Below, piece by piece: positions 41,857 to 52,321 of a stretch of 64,000 nucleotides of DNA. Each line of letters begins with the position of its first letter. The stretch's first letter is position 1. Source of the stretch: an uncultured Aquimarina sp. (GTDB lineage: Bacteria; Bacteroidota; Bacteroidia; Flavobacteriales; Flavobacteriaceae); contig CALFCI010000017.1 in NCBI GenBank assembly GCA_937951135.1, positions 7,378 through 71,377 of the forward strand, written 5' to 3'. The notes under the pieces were generated by a model. That model was not told the origin of the DNA and did no database searches. It saw nothing but the letters and a program-made list of their open reading frames with translations. The position numbers were made by a program, and so were the translations under genes.

Positions 41857-42708
41857 TTATTGAGAAATCTTAAATTGATAGATAATCGTTCCTATCTGTT
41901 TAGTAGGCGCTTTAGCATCACTATTAAACTTGGTTGCCAATGCAGCACGCTTTGCTGGGATCAATAAGCAAGATTCGCTATTGGTTGTTCCCTTTACTCC
42001 AGGAGTTGCCTTAATGACTTTCCCATTTTGGTTCACTTCAATACGAACCACTACAATACCCGATTCGTTACAATCTTGTACAAATTTTTCTTTATTCAAA
42101 GCTTTACGTCCACCCAATCGATAATTACCATCTCCATCTAATCCTTTACCCGTACCATAATACGATCGCGCATTAGGATCTCCATCTGGGCTTCCTTTAT
42201 CTCCAGCAGTAGCATCATTCCCCTCTCCACCTTTTGCTGTTCCATCACTTTTTGGGCCTTTTGAAAAACTATTAAGGATGTCTAAAGTCGATTGGTCTGG
42301 CTTTGGATCTGGTTTCTTTATTTCTTTGGGAGGTACTGGATTCTCAATGGCTTGCACTGCTTTTTCTGTTTTCTGTTCTGTTTTCTGTTGGAGCTTCTTT
42401 TTAGGCTTCTTTTCAATAACAGGAGCATCTTCTAGGTCTTGCGTACTCACTTCATCTATAATTTCTGGAGATGCTTCCGCAGGAGCAGGTGTTGACGTCG
42501 CTTTTGTTGGTGAAGATTGAATAGCTTCTGTAGGCTGTTCTATACCAGAACCCGTTTCAGTTGTCCCAAAATTAATTGCAATTCCTCCTTCAGGCTCTGG
42601 ATCTATAGCGCTAAATCCTAAATAAAACAATAGTAATACAATAAGTATATGCAACACCAAAGTGATTGCAAAGGACTTTTTTTTATGTTTTGTGTCTAAA
42701 TTTAGCAT
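41857..42708 (-). CDS. tonB: TonB-family energy transducer
   Basis: N-terminal TM with His, P/K/E-rich linker, TonB C-terminal domain; downstream of exbD. Confidence 0.85.
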   Translation of the reverse strand: MLNLDTKHKKKSFAITLVLHILIVLLLFYLGFSAIDPEPEGGIAINFGTTETGSGIEQPTEAIQSSPTKATSTPAPAEASPEIIDEVSTQDLEDAPVIEKKPKKKLQQKTEQKTEKAVQAIENPVPPKEIKKPDPKPDQSTLDILNSFSKGPKSDGTAKGGEGNDATAGDKGSPDGDPNARSYYGTGKGLDGDGNYRLGGRKALNKEKFVQDCNESGIVVVRIEVNQNGKVIKATPGVKGTTNSESCLLIPAKRAALATKFNSDAKAPTKQIGTIIYQFKISQ

Positions 42709-42866
42709 CGTTGATATACGAGTGTAGCGTTATGAATTATGATACTTATTTGATAACGAAAAATTTCTACTGCAACATAAGACATGTCTGATCTGCATGC
42801 GAAAATACAGTATTTCGTTACCTTTAACTACCTCAGCAAAAGTTATGCCGTGATATACAGAATATG

Positions 42867-43259
42867 CTACTCTGGTTTTACAGCAAGAATAATCTTAAAT
42901 CGATTTCTATTCGCTATATCCATTACATGTACCGCTTTTTCAATAGGCACTCCTTCTTCTGCTCTTAAAATAATCGTTGCATCTTTCTGCCCTGCCAAAC
43001 GAGATTTTAACAATGATTCTAGTTGACTTTGAGAAATACGTTCTTCATCAATATAATATTGCAACTTACTCGTAATACTTACAGATAAATTCTGAACATT
43101 CGAACTTTTTCCTTTGGCTTTTGGCAATATTAAATCCAGTGCTTCTGGTGTAATTGTAGGTGAAGTAAGTAAGAAAAAAACCAATAACAAAAAGACAATA
43201 TCTGTCATGGATGACATACTAAACTCTGGACTAACCTTATTTCTTCCTCTTAAATTCAT
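42867..43259 (-). CDS. exbD: Biopolymer transport protein ExbD
   Basis: SMTDIVFLLLVFF. Confidence 0.93.
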   Translation of the reverse strand: MNLRGRNKVSPEFSMSSMTDIVFLLLVFFLLTSPTITPEALDLILPKAKGKSSNVQNLSVSITSKLQYYIDEERISQSQLESLLKSRLAGQKDATIILRAEEGVPIEKAVHVMDIANRNRFKIILAVKPE

Positions 43260-43261
43260 CC

Positions 43262-43963
43262 TTATGCTGGTTCATTTAATAAATCTAAGAAATCTACTGC
43301 TGTAGCTTCCATTTGATGCACTACTTTATCGGTACGTACTACCAAATGGTTATATCCGATATAGGCTATAATACCCACAACCAATCCAGCCACTGTAGTG
43401 GTCATGGCAGTGTAAATCCCTTCTGCTAGTGATCCCATATCAGCACTTCCTGAACTGGAAGCTAAATTATGAAAGGCTAAAATCATACCGATTACAGTTC
43501 CTAAAAAACCAATCATAGGGGCTGCACCGGCTACAGTTGCCAATACACTTACATTTTTTTCTAACTTATATACTTCCAGTTTCCCTGCATTCTCTATCGC
43601 CTTATTAATATCTTCCAAAGGACTCCCTATTCTTGAAATTCCTTTTTCCGTTAATCGTGCTACTGGGTTATTGGTTTGTGCACACAAAATTTTAGCAGCT
43701 TCTATTTTACCACTAGCCACATTATCCTTGATTTGTTTCATGAAATTCTCATCAAGTTTGGATGCAGCTTTAATTGCAAATACACGTTCAAAATAGATGT
43801 ATACCGCTACAAAAAGTAACACAAAAAGAATAGCGATAATCGTTACTCCACCGGTACCACCACTTAGTAGTAAATCAATTATAGATAACGATTCTTGTAC
43901 TGGCTCTGCAGGTACTTCATCAGCTTCCTGAGCTAATGCACCAAACATAAATAAGTTAATCAT
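43262..43963 (-). CDS. exbB: MotA/TolQ/ExbB proton channel
   Basis: APMIGFLGTVIGMI, GIYTAMTTTVAGL. Confidence 0.93.
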   Translation of the reverse strand: MINLFMFGALAQEADEVPAEPVQESLSIIDLLLSGGTGGVTIIAILFVLLFVAVYIYFERVFAIKAASKLDENFMKQIKDNVASGKIEAAKILCAQTNNPVARLTEKGISRIGSPLEDINKAIENAGKLEVYKLEKNVSVLATVAGAAPMIGFLGTVIGMILAFHNLASSSGSADMGSLAEGIYTAMTTTVAGLVVGIIAYIGYNHLVVRTDKVVHQMEATAVDFLDLLNEPA

Positions 43964-44308
43964 ATGCGTATATAATATTTAGTTTAGTATACTAACGCTG
44001 TTTATAGCCGTTAAGTATATGGGGTTTAAATTAGTTGCTAGGATTACATCATAAACCTTGACAATAAAGTATTACCTTAGTTATGAATTATAAAACTTAA
44101 GTACTCTATACGAAGCTAAGGAATTTATCATACACTACCCAATTAGATCACTATTGTTATCCCGTTCTTATTTTGAATGTACCCAAAAACAAATGGAATT
44201 ACTTAGATATAACTCACAATTAAACTCTTTTGCTTACACAAGAAAAGATGTATGAATTAAGCCAATTCAACACTAATACCATACTATCCATTTTGCCCCC
44301 ACAACATC

Positions 44309-44348
44309 AAAAAAAACAGAGGGGGTGCTTTTAACAAACACCCCCTCT
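44309..44348 (-). terminator. Intrinsic terminator of nhaB
   Basis: AGAGGGGGTG/CACCCCCTCT stem with minus-strand T-run. Confidence 0.75.
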
Positions 44349-44374
44349 ATTATATCCTAATATAGTTTAAAATC

Positions 44375-45850
44375 TTATTGCAAAATATACAAGATCCCAA
44401 GCAATCCTACACCTCCTAATACAATAGTGTATGGAAATGCCATTTTCACCATTTTACCATACGACAACCCTATTAATGGCGCCAATGAAGAGGTTAATAA
44501 GAATAAGAATGCTGCTTGTCCATTTGGCGTTGCGACACTTGGTAAATTAGTCCCTGTATTAATTGCTATAGCAAGCCTTTCATAATGCTCTCTTGTAATC
44601 CTGTTGTCCAAAAATGCCTGTTGCACTTCTCCTATATATACTGTGGCTACAAATACATTATCACTAATTGCCGAAAGCAACCCATTCGCCATATAAAACA
44701 CTGCAGGTTGTTTTTCTGGTGACATCTTTAATGCCATTTCTATAATTGGAGAAAATAAATGTTGATCATGAATCATAGCAACCACTACAAAAAACACGAC
44801 CAATAAGCCTGTAAACGGCAATGCCTCTTCAAAAGCTTCTCCTAAATGATGCTCCTCAATGATTCCCATAAATGCAGTTTGCACAATAATCAATGCTAAA
44901 CCAATAAGTCCTACTGGCGCCAAATGCAATGCCAATCCTGCAATTAACAACAGCGCTGATACCGCTTGCACAATCAATCCATAGTTTTCTTTTTCCGAGC
45001 GATTCGCATCTTCTTCATCCGTATAACTTTCAATAATTTGTCTTGCTACTGTAGGCAACTTTGCTCCAAAACCAAAAGTACCCGTTACTTCTAACACCAC
45101 CGTGGTTAACAAGCCCATCGCTAATACGGGCAGTGTAATAGGCGCCATACGTAAAAAGAATTCTACAAAATCCCATCCCAATCGTTCTCCAATCAATAAG
45201 TTTTGAGGCTCTCCTACCAAAGTACAAACTCCTCCTAATGCCGTACCCACAACACCATGCATAATTAAACTTCGCAAGAAACTTCTAAACTCTTCCAAAG
45301 TATCACCACTCAATTCTTTTCGGTCCACAATACCATCTTTATTAAAATCAGACGCTGGCATAGAGTGGATTTTATGATATACACCATAAAAACCTACCGC
45401 CACACTAATCAATACCGCAGTTACCGTTAAGGCATCTAAAAATGCGGAGAGTACTGCTGAAAGAAAAACAAATAATAATGACAATATAATTTTTGACTTG
45501 ATCTTCGTGAAAATTTTACTGAAAATGTACATCAATAATGGTTTCATAAAAAAGATACCAGCTACCATAAATACTAATAGCAGTACAACCTCTAGGTTCT
45601 GACTCACTTCATGATAGGCATTATGAGGTGTAGTTAAATTTAAAACCAAAATCTGAATCGCCAATAATCCTCCAGATTGCAATGGATAACATTTTAATGC
45701 CATTGCCAACGTAAATATAAATTCTGCAATAAACAACCAAGAAGTGATCGTTTTACCTAAAACAAAAAATGCGATTACATTAAAAACAAGGAATCCAATC
45801 ATTGTCATTTTGAACCATTTCGGACTGTTCCCTAAAAAATATTTAAACAT
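44375..45850 (-). CDS. nhaB: Na+/H+ antiporter NhaB
   Basis: [63 protein letters not shown]. Confidence 0.93.
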   Translation of the reverse strand: MFKYFLGNSPKWFKMTMIGFLVFNVIAFFVLGKTITSWLFIAEFIFTLAMALKCYPLQSGGLLAIQILVLNLTTPHNAYHEVSQNLEVVLLLVFMVAGIFFMKPLLMYIFSKIFTKIKSKIILSLLFVFLSAVLSAFLDALTVTAVLISVAVGFYGVYHKIHSMPASDFNKDGIVDRKELSGDTLEEFRSFLRSLIMHGVVGTALGGVCTLVGEPQNLLIGERLGWDFVEFFLRMAPITLPVLAMGLLTTVVLEVTGTFGFGAKLPTVARQIIESYTDEEDANRSEKENYGLIVQAVSALLLIAGLALHLAPVGLIGLALIIVQTAFMGIIEEHHLGEAFEEALPFTGLLVVFFVVVAMIHDQHLFSPIIEMALKMSPEKQPAVFYMANGLLSAISDNVFVATVYIGEVQQAFLDNRITREHYERLAIAINTGTNLPSVATPNGQAAFLFLLTSSLAPLIGLSYGKMVKMAFPYTIVLGGVGLLGILYILQ

Positions 45851-46079
45851 AATAGTATGATTATAATTAATTTGTAAAATTTGGAAAAGAAAACCTGTAC
45901 TACCTGAACGCTGTACTTCTTTGATTTCTTAAGCTAGCAAATATATAAAACTAAAAATGTCAAAAGTTCAATTTGAAGAAATAAATATCGCAAAAGAAGC
46001 ATCCTAAACTGTTAAAAGTATACGTAAATTATAAATTTTGAATTCAGAATTCAGAATTTGATAATATTTCGATATTTTA

Positions 46080-46181
46080 AGTCAACTACCTCGGAGTAAG
46101 CTCACGAAATATACAGCGGATAATTATTTTTCACATTTCGAGACAGGCCTTAGAGAATTAAACTCCACAATGTGGATTAAA
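46080..46181 (+). repeat. ~100-bp three-hairpin element, copy 5
   Basis: Matches consensus. Confidence 0.88.
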
Positions 46182-46238
46182 TATAGTATCTTTTGAAAAC
46201 CTATGTATTCTAATACCTCAATTAAAATCGATTATATT

Positions 46239-47381
46239 ATGAACTTTACTCTTTCTGAAGAACAACTAATGATTCGTAACGCTGCTAGGGATTTTGCTAA
46301 AACAGTATTACTTCCTGGTGTTATTGAACGTGACAACAAACAAGAATTTCCAAAAGATGAAGTTCGACAAATGGGAGAACTGGGATTTTTAGGAATGATG
46401 GCTTCTCCTGAGTATGGTGGTGGCGGTATGGATACACTGTCTTATGTATTAGTGATGGAAGAGCTTTCTAAAATTGATGCTTCCAGTAGCGTCATTGTTT
46501 CCGTTAACAATTCATTAGTTTGCTGGGGATTGGATACCTATGGCACTCCAAAACAAAAAGAAAAATACCTTACCAAATTGACTTCAGGAGTAGCTATTGG
46601 AGCTTTTTGTTTATCTGAGCCCGAAGCTGGAAGCGATGCTACCTCTCAAAAAACGACTGCTATTGACCATGGGGATCATTACATCCTTAATGGCACTAAA
46701 AACTGGATTACCAATGGCAGTACTGCAGAATACTACATCGTTATTGCGCAAACGGATGCCTCCAAAGGACATCGAGGTATCAATGCCTTACTTATAGAAA
46801 AGGGATGGAAAGGTTTTGAAATTGGCCCTAAAGAAGATAAGCTAGGAATTCGAGGGAGTGATACCCATTCACTGATTTTTAATGACGTAAAAGTACCTAA
46901 AGAAAATAGAATTGGAGAAGACGGATTTGGATTCAAATTCGCCATGAAAACACTCGCAGGCGGACGTATTGGTATTGCAGCGCAAGCACTCGGTATTGCA
47001 GCAGGAGCTTATGAACTAGCTAAAGAATACGCTAAAGTTCGTAAATCCTTCGGCACCGAGATTATGAATCATCAAGCAATTGCTTTCAAGCTTGCAGATA
47101 TGCATACCCAAATTGAAGCCGCTCGTATGCTAGTACATAAAGCCGCAGTAGATAAAGATAACCACGAAAACTATGACTTATCCAGTGCTATCGCTAAATT
47201 ACACGCTTCTCAAACCGCTATGGATGTAACTATAGAAGCTGTACAAATTCATGGTGGAAATGGATTTGTGAAAGAATACCATGTAGAGCGTCTAATGCGT
47301 GATGCTAAAATCACGCAAATTTATGAAGGCACTAGTGAAATTCAAAAAATTGTAATCTCTAGAAGTATTTTGAAACACTAA
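46239..47381 (+). CDS. Acyl-CoA dehydrogenase (short-chain/butyryl-CoA type)
   Basis: FCLSEPEAGSDA, GTKNWITNG, QIHGGNG, IYEGTSEIQ. Confidence 0.93.
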   Translation: MNFTLSEEQLMIRNAARDFAKTVLLPGVIERDNKQEFPKDEVRQMGELGFLGMMASPEYGGGGMDTLSYVLVMEELSKIDASSSVIVSVNNSLVCWGLDTYGTPKQKEKYLTKLTSGVAIGAFCLSEPEAGSDATSQKTTAIDHGDHYILNGTKNWITNGSTAEYYIVIAQTDASKGHRGINALLIEKGWKGFEIGPKEDKLGIRGSDTHSLIFNDVKVPKENRIGEDGFGFKFAMKTLAGGRIGIAAQALGIAAGAYELAKEYAKVRKSFGTEIMNHQAIAFKLADMHTQIEAARMLVHKAAVDKDNHENYDLSSAIAKLHASQTAMDVTIEAVQIHGGNGFVKEYHVERLMRDAKITQIYEGTSEIQKIVISRSILKH

Positions 47382-47431
47382 TACCTGTACTGACTGTAGT
47401 ATTAATTAGAAATATGATTTTAGGGTTATAA

Positions 47432-47566
47432 ATAAACTCCCTCGAGGCAGAGCCATACGGGATATCAGAGATAAGACCGCTACAAGAACCAAGAAACAAG
47501 ATGCTATTTTATCTTGAATCTGGTCGATAACCCGAAGCAGAGTCTCTGGGAATTCTATTGATTAAA
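47432..47566 (+). repeat. Related hairpin element (GCAGAGC-loop variant)
   Basis: TAAACTCCCTCGAGGCAGAGCC...CCCGAAGCAGAG...GGGAATT...GATTAA; same layout as the ~100-bp family. Confidence 0.55.
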
Positions 47567-47628
47567 ATTGAAAAAACTAATTTTTAATTTTTAAAACAAA
47601 GTCAAAAAAGGTATAATAAAGTGGCTAA

Positions 47629-47844
47629 GTACATGATAAAAAATGATACCACTTTGGTTTTTAACAGAATATATATATTCCTGTGAAATAAATAAATGCG
47701 CGTTATTTTTTTAATCTTTCCCGAGGATTCGGGATTGTCTCTTGCCCCAACTCTTCCGGGGTTAAACCATTTCAAACGATTATATACTTGTAAAAAGTTA
47801 CTTGATTACTATTTTTCAGATGCTTGCTAATTTTTGTCATGTAC
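47629..47844. mobile_element. 216-bp MITE with terminal inverted repeats
   Basis: GTACATGATAAAAA...TTTTTGTCATGTAC (13/14), flanked by TAA on both sides. Confidence 0.75.
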
Positions 47845-47961
47845 TAAGATGAAGTGGTTTAAACTTTTTCAACAATTGAACTTCTAATAAAGTTTTTGTA
47901 ACCGCAATTAATAATAATTGAAATATTACGTTTATGAATTAAATCTTCTAAAAGAAAGAAT

Positions 47962-49332
47962 ATGAAGTATCAATTAATAGTATTTATTTTTTTTAATATA
48001 CTTGTTAGTTGCGAAAGCAACCCTGTAGAAATTATTGATGACGAAATCACAGACAGCACTGCTGTAAGTAATATTATATATCAAGTCTCAAATCAAGTAA
48101 TATCAAACCCCGAACGTGGTTTTATGCATACATGGAGTGTTACTTCTGAAGGGATTCCACTGGATTCAGTCACATTAGAGAATCTAAAAAATGAAAACGT
48201 TACAATCATTTTACGCCTTTATTATTTAGAAGCTTTTAAAAACGCTGCATTAAGCACAATACAATTAGATTTAATAAAAACTGATTTTGAAAGATTAAGA
48301 AATTCAGGTATCAAGTGTGTATTGCGATTTGCTTACAATAGTGATCAAAATGACACTGATGCTCCGCTTAACATTATAGAATCGCATCTAGACCAATTAC
48401 AGCCTGTTTTTGCAGATAATGCAGACGTAATCGCTTTTATTCAAGCTGGTTTTATTGGCTCTTGGGGAGAATGGTATTATACAACGAATAATTTAACAAC
48501 TCTAGCAAATAAAAAGGCTGTAGTTAGCAAATTATTGGAGGTTGTACCAAAGGAAGTAAAGATTCAGTTAAGAACACCCTTATATAAACAAGAGGTTTTT
48601 GAATATTCCACAGCTATAGATACTAATATTGGGTATGGCACTACTGATATTGCGCGTGTAGGATTTCATAATGACTGCTTTTTAGCAAGTGTTAATGATA
48701 TTGGAACCTATCAAAATGTAAGTCTAGAAAAAAAGTATATCAGTAGTGAAGCTCTTTTTGTACCAACAGGAGGAGAAACATGTCCACCAAGTGGTGTTCC
48801 CAATGCTAGCTGTGCTACTGCCGAAAATGAAATGTCTTTATTGAAATGGACCTATTTAAACCTTGATTATTATGGGCCTGTGCTTCAAGAGTGGAGAAAT
48901 AATAATTGCTTTGATGATTTTCAAAAGCAATTAGGATATCGAATTTTATTAAAATCTTCTAGCCTAAAAAATGAAGTAACTGTCAATAGTAATTTCGAAT
49001 TAAATGCCGTTATTGATAATGCTGGTTTTGCTCCTGTTTATAACGTTAAAAATGCATTTCTTGTATGTAGAGCTGTTTCAGATGGAACATTATATAAAAA
49101 AGCTTTAAGCTTTGACATCAGAAAAGTTATACCTGATGCTGATTATAATTTGAAAGAATCCGTTAGCCTTTCTTCAATACCACCGGGACAATATGAACTA
49201 CTTTTAAAAATAGAAGATGCTTATGACAGTTTATCCGATAAATCAGAATACTCAATACAATTAGCAAATACAGGTACTTGGGAAGCAACTGAAGGGCTTA
49301 ATAATTTATCCCACATATTAACTATTAATTAA
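47962..49332 (+). CDS. Lipoprotein, DUF4874/DUF4832-like (putative glycoside-hydrolase fold)
   Basis: Lipobox LVSC; NPERGF, LRFAY, QAGFIGSWGEW, GFHNDCF, GGETC, LGYR. Confidence 0.8.
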   Translation: MKYQLIVFIFFNILVSCESNPVEIIDDEITDSTAVSNIIYQVSNQVISNPERGFMHTWSVTSEGIPLDSVTLENLKNENVTIILRLYYLEAFKNAALSTIQLDLIKTDFERLRNSGIKCVLRFAYNSDQNDTDAPLNIIESHLDQLQPVFADNADVIAFIQAGFIGSWGEWYYTTNNLTTLANKKAVVSKLLEVVPKEVKIQLRTPLYKQEVFEYSTAIDTNIGYGTTDIARVGFHNDCFLASVNDIGTYQNVSLEKKYISSEALFVPTGGETCPPSGVPNASCATAENEMSLLKWTYLNLDYYGPVLQEWRNNNCFDDFQKQLGYRILLKSSSLKNEVTVNSNFELNAVIDNAGFAPVYNVKNAFLVCRAVSDGTLYKKALSFDIRKVIPDADYNLKESVSLSSIPPGQYELLLKIEDAYDSLSDKSEYSIQLANTGTWEATEGLNNLSHILTIN

Positions 49333-49359
49333 AACCGAACCTCTTATATAATCCTTACT

Positions 49360-49461
49360 AGTCAACTACCTTGGAGCAATCTTACGAGGCATTCCGCAGA
49401 CACCTATTTTTTTACATTTCGAGCCAAGCCTCGGAGAATTAAACTCCACAATGTGAATTAA
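49360..49461 (+). repeat. ~100-bp three-hairpin element, copy 6
   Basis: Matches consensus. Confidence 0.88.
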
Positions 49462-49462
49462 C

Positions 49463-49655
49463 TAAACCACTATGGACTAGAAGTCCATAGGTTTTAAATC
49501 TGACTAAAGTCAGCAATACGCGTATTCAGCTTCCGACGCTTCGGAATAGCAGCTTACCTTTAGCTAAAATTCGCAAAAGCTAACGATAAAAAAATCATTA
49601 ATCTCAACAGTTTTAGAAGCTAAATCGAGATGCACTAAAGTGCATCGTTTTAACT
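49463..49655 (+). mobile_element. Non-autonomous IS200/IS605-like element with subterminal hairpins
   Basis: CTATGGACT-AGA-AGTCCATAG (49470-49490), CTGACT-AA-AGTCAG and GATGCACT-AA-AGTGCATC (49629-49646); internal part recurs inverted at about 11905-11960. Confidence 0.6.
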
Positions 49656-49708
49656 ATTTCTGAGACCAATAAAGTTTCAACATTGTCCTTTTAAAAACCT
49701 ATCGGATA

Positions 49709-50707
49709 TTATTCATTTAACATATTCCAAAGTTGATCTTTCAACTCTTGAATACCCTGCTGCGCTACAGAAGAAATAAACAAATAGGGTACGTTAAACT
49801 GTTCGTCTAATACCTGTTTTAACTCTTGCTGTAGTTCCTCATCCAACATATCACATTTAGAAATCGCAACTAAACGCTCCTTATCTAATAAATCCGGGTT
49901 GTAACGTCTCAATTCATCTAATAAAATCTCATATTGCTCATGAATATCAGGAGCATCGGCTGGGACTAAGAATAACAAAGTAGAGTTCCGCTCTATGTGC
50001 CGTAAAAAACGATGACCGATTCCTTTACCCTCTGCCGCACCTTCGATAATCCCTGGAATATCTGCCATGACAAAGGTTTGAAAATCTCGATACTCTACAA
50101 TTCCTAAATTGGGTTTCAGTGTCGTAAACTCGTAATCCGCAATTTTAGGCTTTGCGGAAGTAATCACAGACAGTAATGTTGATTTTCCTGCATTTGGAAA
50201 ACCTACCAAACCTACATCTGCTAATATTTTTAATTCTAGAGTAATATCATACTGCTGCCCTTCTACACCTGGCTGTGCATATCTTGGCGTTTGGTTTGTT
50301 GAACTTTTAAAATGCCAATTTCCTCGACCACCCATACCACCTTCGGCAACAATATACTCTTCACCCTCGGTAACCAATTCATGAAGGATTTCTTGTGTTT
50401 CAGTATCCCGTATTACAGTTCCCAAAGGCACAGATACAAACACATCTTCTCCATCAGCTCCTGTACTTCTACTTTTAGCACCATTACCGCCATGTCCTGC
50501 CCTAAGGTGACGTCTAAACTTTAAGTGATGTAACGTCCACATATTAGAGTTCGCTACTAAAACCACGTGTCCTCCTCGACCACCATCACCACCATCAGGT
50601 CCTCCCTTAGTAATGAATTTCTCTCTATGTAAATGTACCGATCCTTTACCCCCGTTTCCAGAAGTAGCATGTAACTTCACATAATCTACAAAATTTCCTT
50701 CAGTCAT
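49709..50707 (-). CDS. obgE: GTPase ObgE/CgtA
   Basis: [31 protein letters not shown]. Confidence 0.97.
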   Translation of the reverse strand: MTEGNFVDYVKLHATSGNGGKGSVHLHREKFITKGGPDGGDGGRGGHVVLVANSNMWTLHHLKFRRHLRAGHGGNGAKSRSTGADGEDVFVSVPLGTVIRDTETQEILHELVTEGEEYIVAEGGMGGRGNWHFKSSTNQTPRYAQPGVEGQQYDITLELKILADVGLVGFPNAGKSTLLSVITSAKPKIADYEFTTLKPNLGIVEYRDFQTFVMADIPGIIEGAAEGKGIGHRFLRHIERNSTLLFLVPADAPDIHEQYEILLDELRRYNPDLLDKERLVAISKCDMLDEELQQELKQVLDEQFNVPYLFISSVAQQGIQELKDQLWNMLNE

Positions 50708-50929
50708 TGTATTGTTGTTCGTTGATGGTTGTTAGTTGATTGTGAAACCACTTAATGCCATAACCTTGTTATTTCAAAATTGTATTTCTATTTTAGATAC
50801 TAGGTGTTTACCTATCACAAAACACATCACTTTTTAAATTCTTTTCATGCTTTATTATTCTTGAAGCAAAACAAATCTAGCATCTTGTCTAAATTCTAGA
50901 ATCTAACAGCGAAGCGATCTAACCTCTAT

Positions 50930-52054
50930 TTACAATGTATCAATCACAGTACTTAATCGTGTTGTAATCTCATCGATAGCTCCTATTCCATCAATACCAA
51001 AATACTTATCTTGTTTTTGGTAATATTCTTTTAAAATAGCAGTTTCATCATAATATACTTTGATTCGATTTCGGATCACACTCTCATCGGCATCATCGGC
51101 ACGACCAGAAGTTTTACCGCGCTCTAACAAACGTTGCACCAATACTTCATCATTTACCTCTAACGCAACCATAGCACTTACCGAGACACCTTTAGCACTC
51201 AATAAATTCTCTAAAGCATCTGCTTGTGCCGCAGTTCTTGGAAAACCATCAAAAATAAAGCCTTTCGCTTCAAGGTTTTTCTCTACCTCCGCATTCAGCA
51301 TATTAATCGTTACTTCATCTGGAACTAATTGTCCCTTATCAATATATGACTTTGCTAATGTACCCAACTCGGTAGCATTTTTAATATTATATCGAAATAC
51401 ATCACCTGTAGAGATGTGCACTAAATTATAAGTATCCTTTAACACTTCTGCTTGTGTTCCTTTTCCTGCTCCCGGAGGGCCAAATAAGACTAAATTTGTC
51501 ATCTTTTCTGATTTTAATTGATAAACTGATGTAAGATTACGACCTAATCCATTATAATCCAATCCATATCCTACAATAAACCGATCTGGAATATTCATCC
51601 CTACATAATCGATTTTATATTTTTTAGTATACACTTCTGGTTTCAGAAATAACGAAGCAACCTTTACCTGCTTACAATTTTTATTCCCTAATATCTCCAA
51701 TAAAGCTTCCAAGGTAGTACCTGTATCGATAATATCTTCTAATACGATAACTGTTCTATTGACTACACTTTGCTCTAATCCCAAAATTTCCTGCACATCT
51801 CCTGAAGATGTGACTCCATCATAAGACTTAAGTTTTATAAAACTAACCTCACAATCGTATTGAAACCGTTTTAAAATTTCAGACACAAACATAAATGAGC
51901 CATTTAACACCCCTATAAACACAGGTACTTCATTTCTAAATTCTTGATTCAATTGCGCTGCAATCTCATCTATAACTTTAGAAACCTTTTCTTCAGAAAG
52001 ATAAGGCACAAATTTTAAGTCGTGCAGGGTAATTGTTTTATCCAATATTGACAT
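50930..52054 (-). CDS. adk: Hypoxanthine phosphoribosyltransferase - adenylate kinase fusion
   Basis: HPRT motifs (GVLNGS, VLEDIIDTGTT, FIVGYGLDY) in frame with Adk motifs (GPPGAGKGT, HISTGD, DGFPRT); start moved to MSILDK downstream of the -7 element TATCTTTG (52082-52089). Confidence 0.9.
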   Translation of the reverse strand: MSILDKTITLHDLKFVPYLSEEKVSKVIDEIAAQLNQEFRNEVPVFIGVLNGSFMFVSEILKRFQYDCEVSFIKLKSYDGVTSSGDVQEILGLEQSVVNRTVIVLEDIIDTGTTLEALLEILGNKNCKQVKVASLFLKPEVYTKKYKIDYVGMNIPDRFIVGYGLDYNGLGRNLTSVYQLKSEKMTNLVLFGPPGAGKGTQAEVLKDTYNLVHISTGDVFRYNIKNATELGTLAKSYIDKGQLVPDEVTINMLNAEVEKNLEAKGFIFDGFPRTAAQADALENLLSAKGVSVSAMVALEVNDEVLVQRLLERGKTSGRADDADESVIRNRIKVYYDETAILKEYYQKQDKYFGIDGIGAIDEITTRLSTVIDTL

Positions 52055-52321
52055 GACGTAATACACATTTTTTAAAGTTTGCAAAGATAGTAATTCCAAA
52101 ATGAAGATCATATAAGAACACCACAACTTATCGACGTAAAGTAACATCAAATGGTGTCAAAATAAAAATTTTAATGCCATTCAAGAAGCACATACTGCCC
52201 AAAACAGAAACAGAAACCCTATAAAACCTTGAAATGGTATCAACTAAACAACACTTTATAGTGCTTTTTCAATAGGAAAAAATTAATTTTGCAGCATTAT
52301 TTATTTTTTGAAACACCCATA

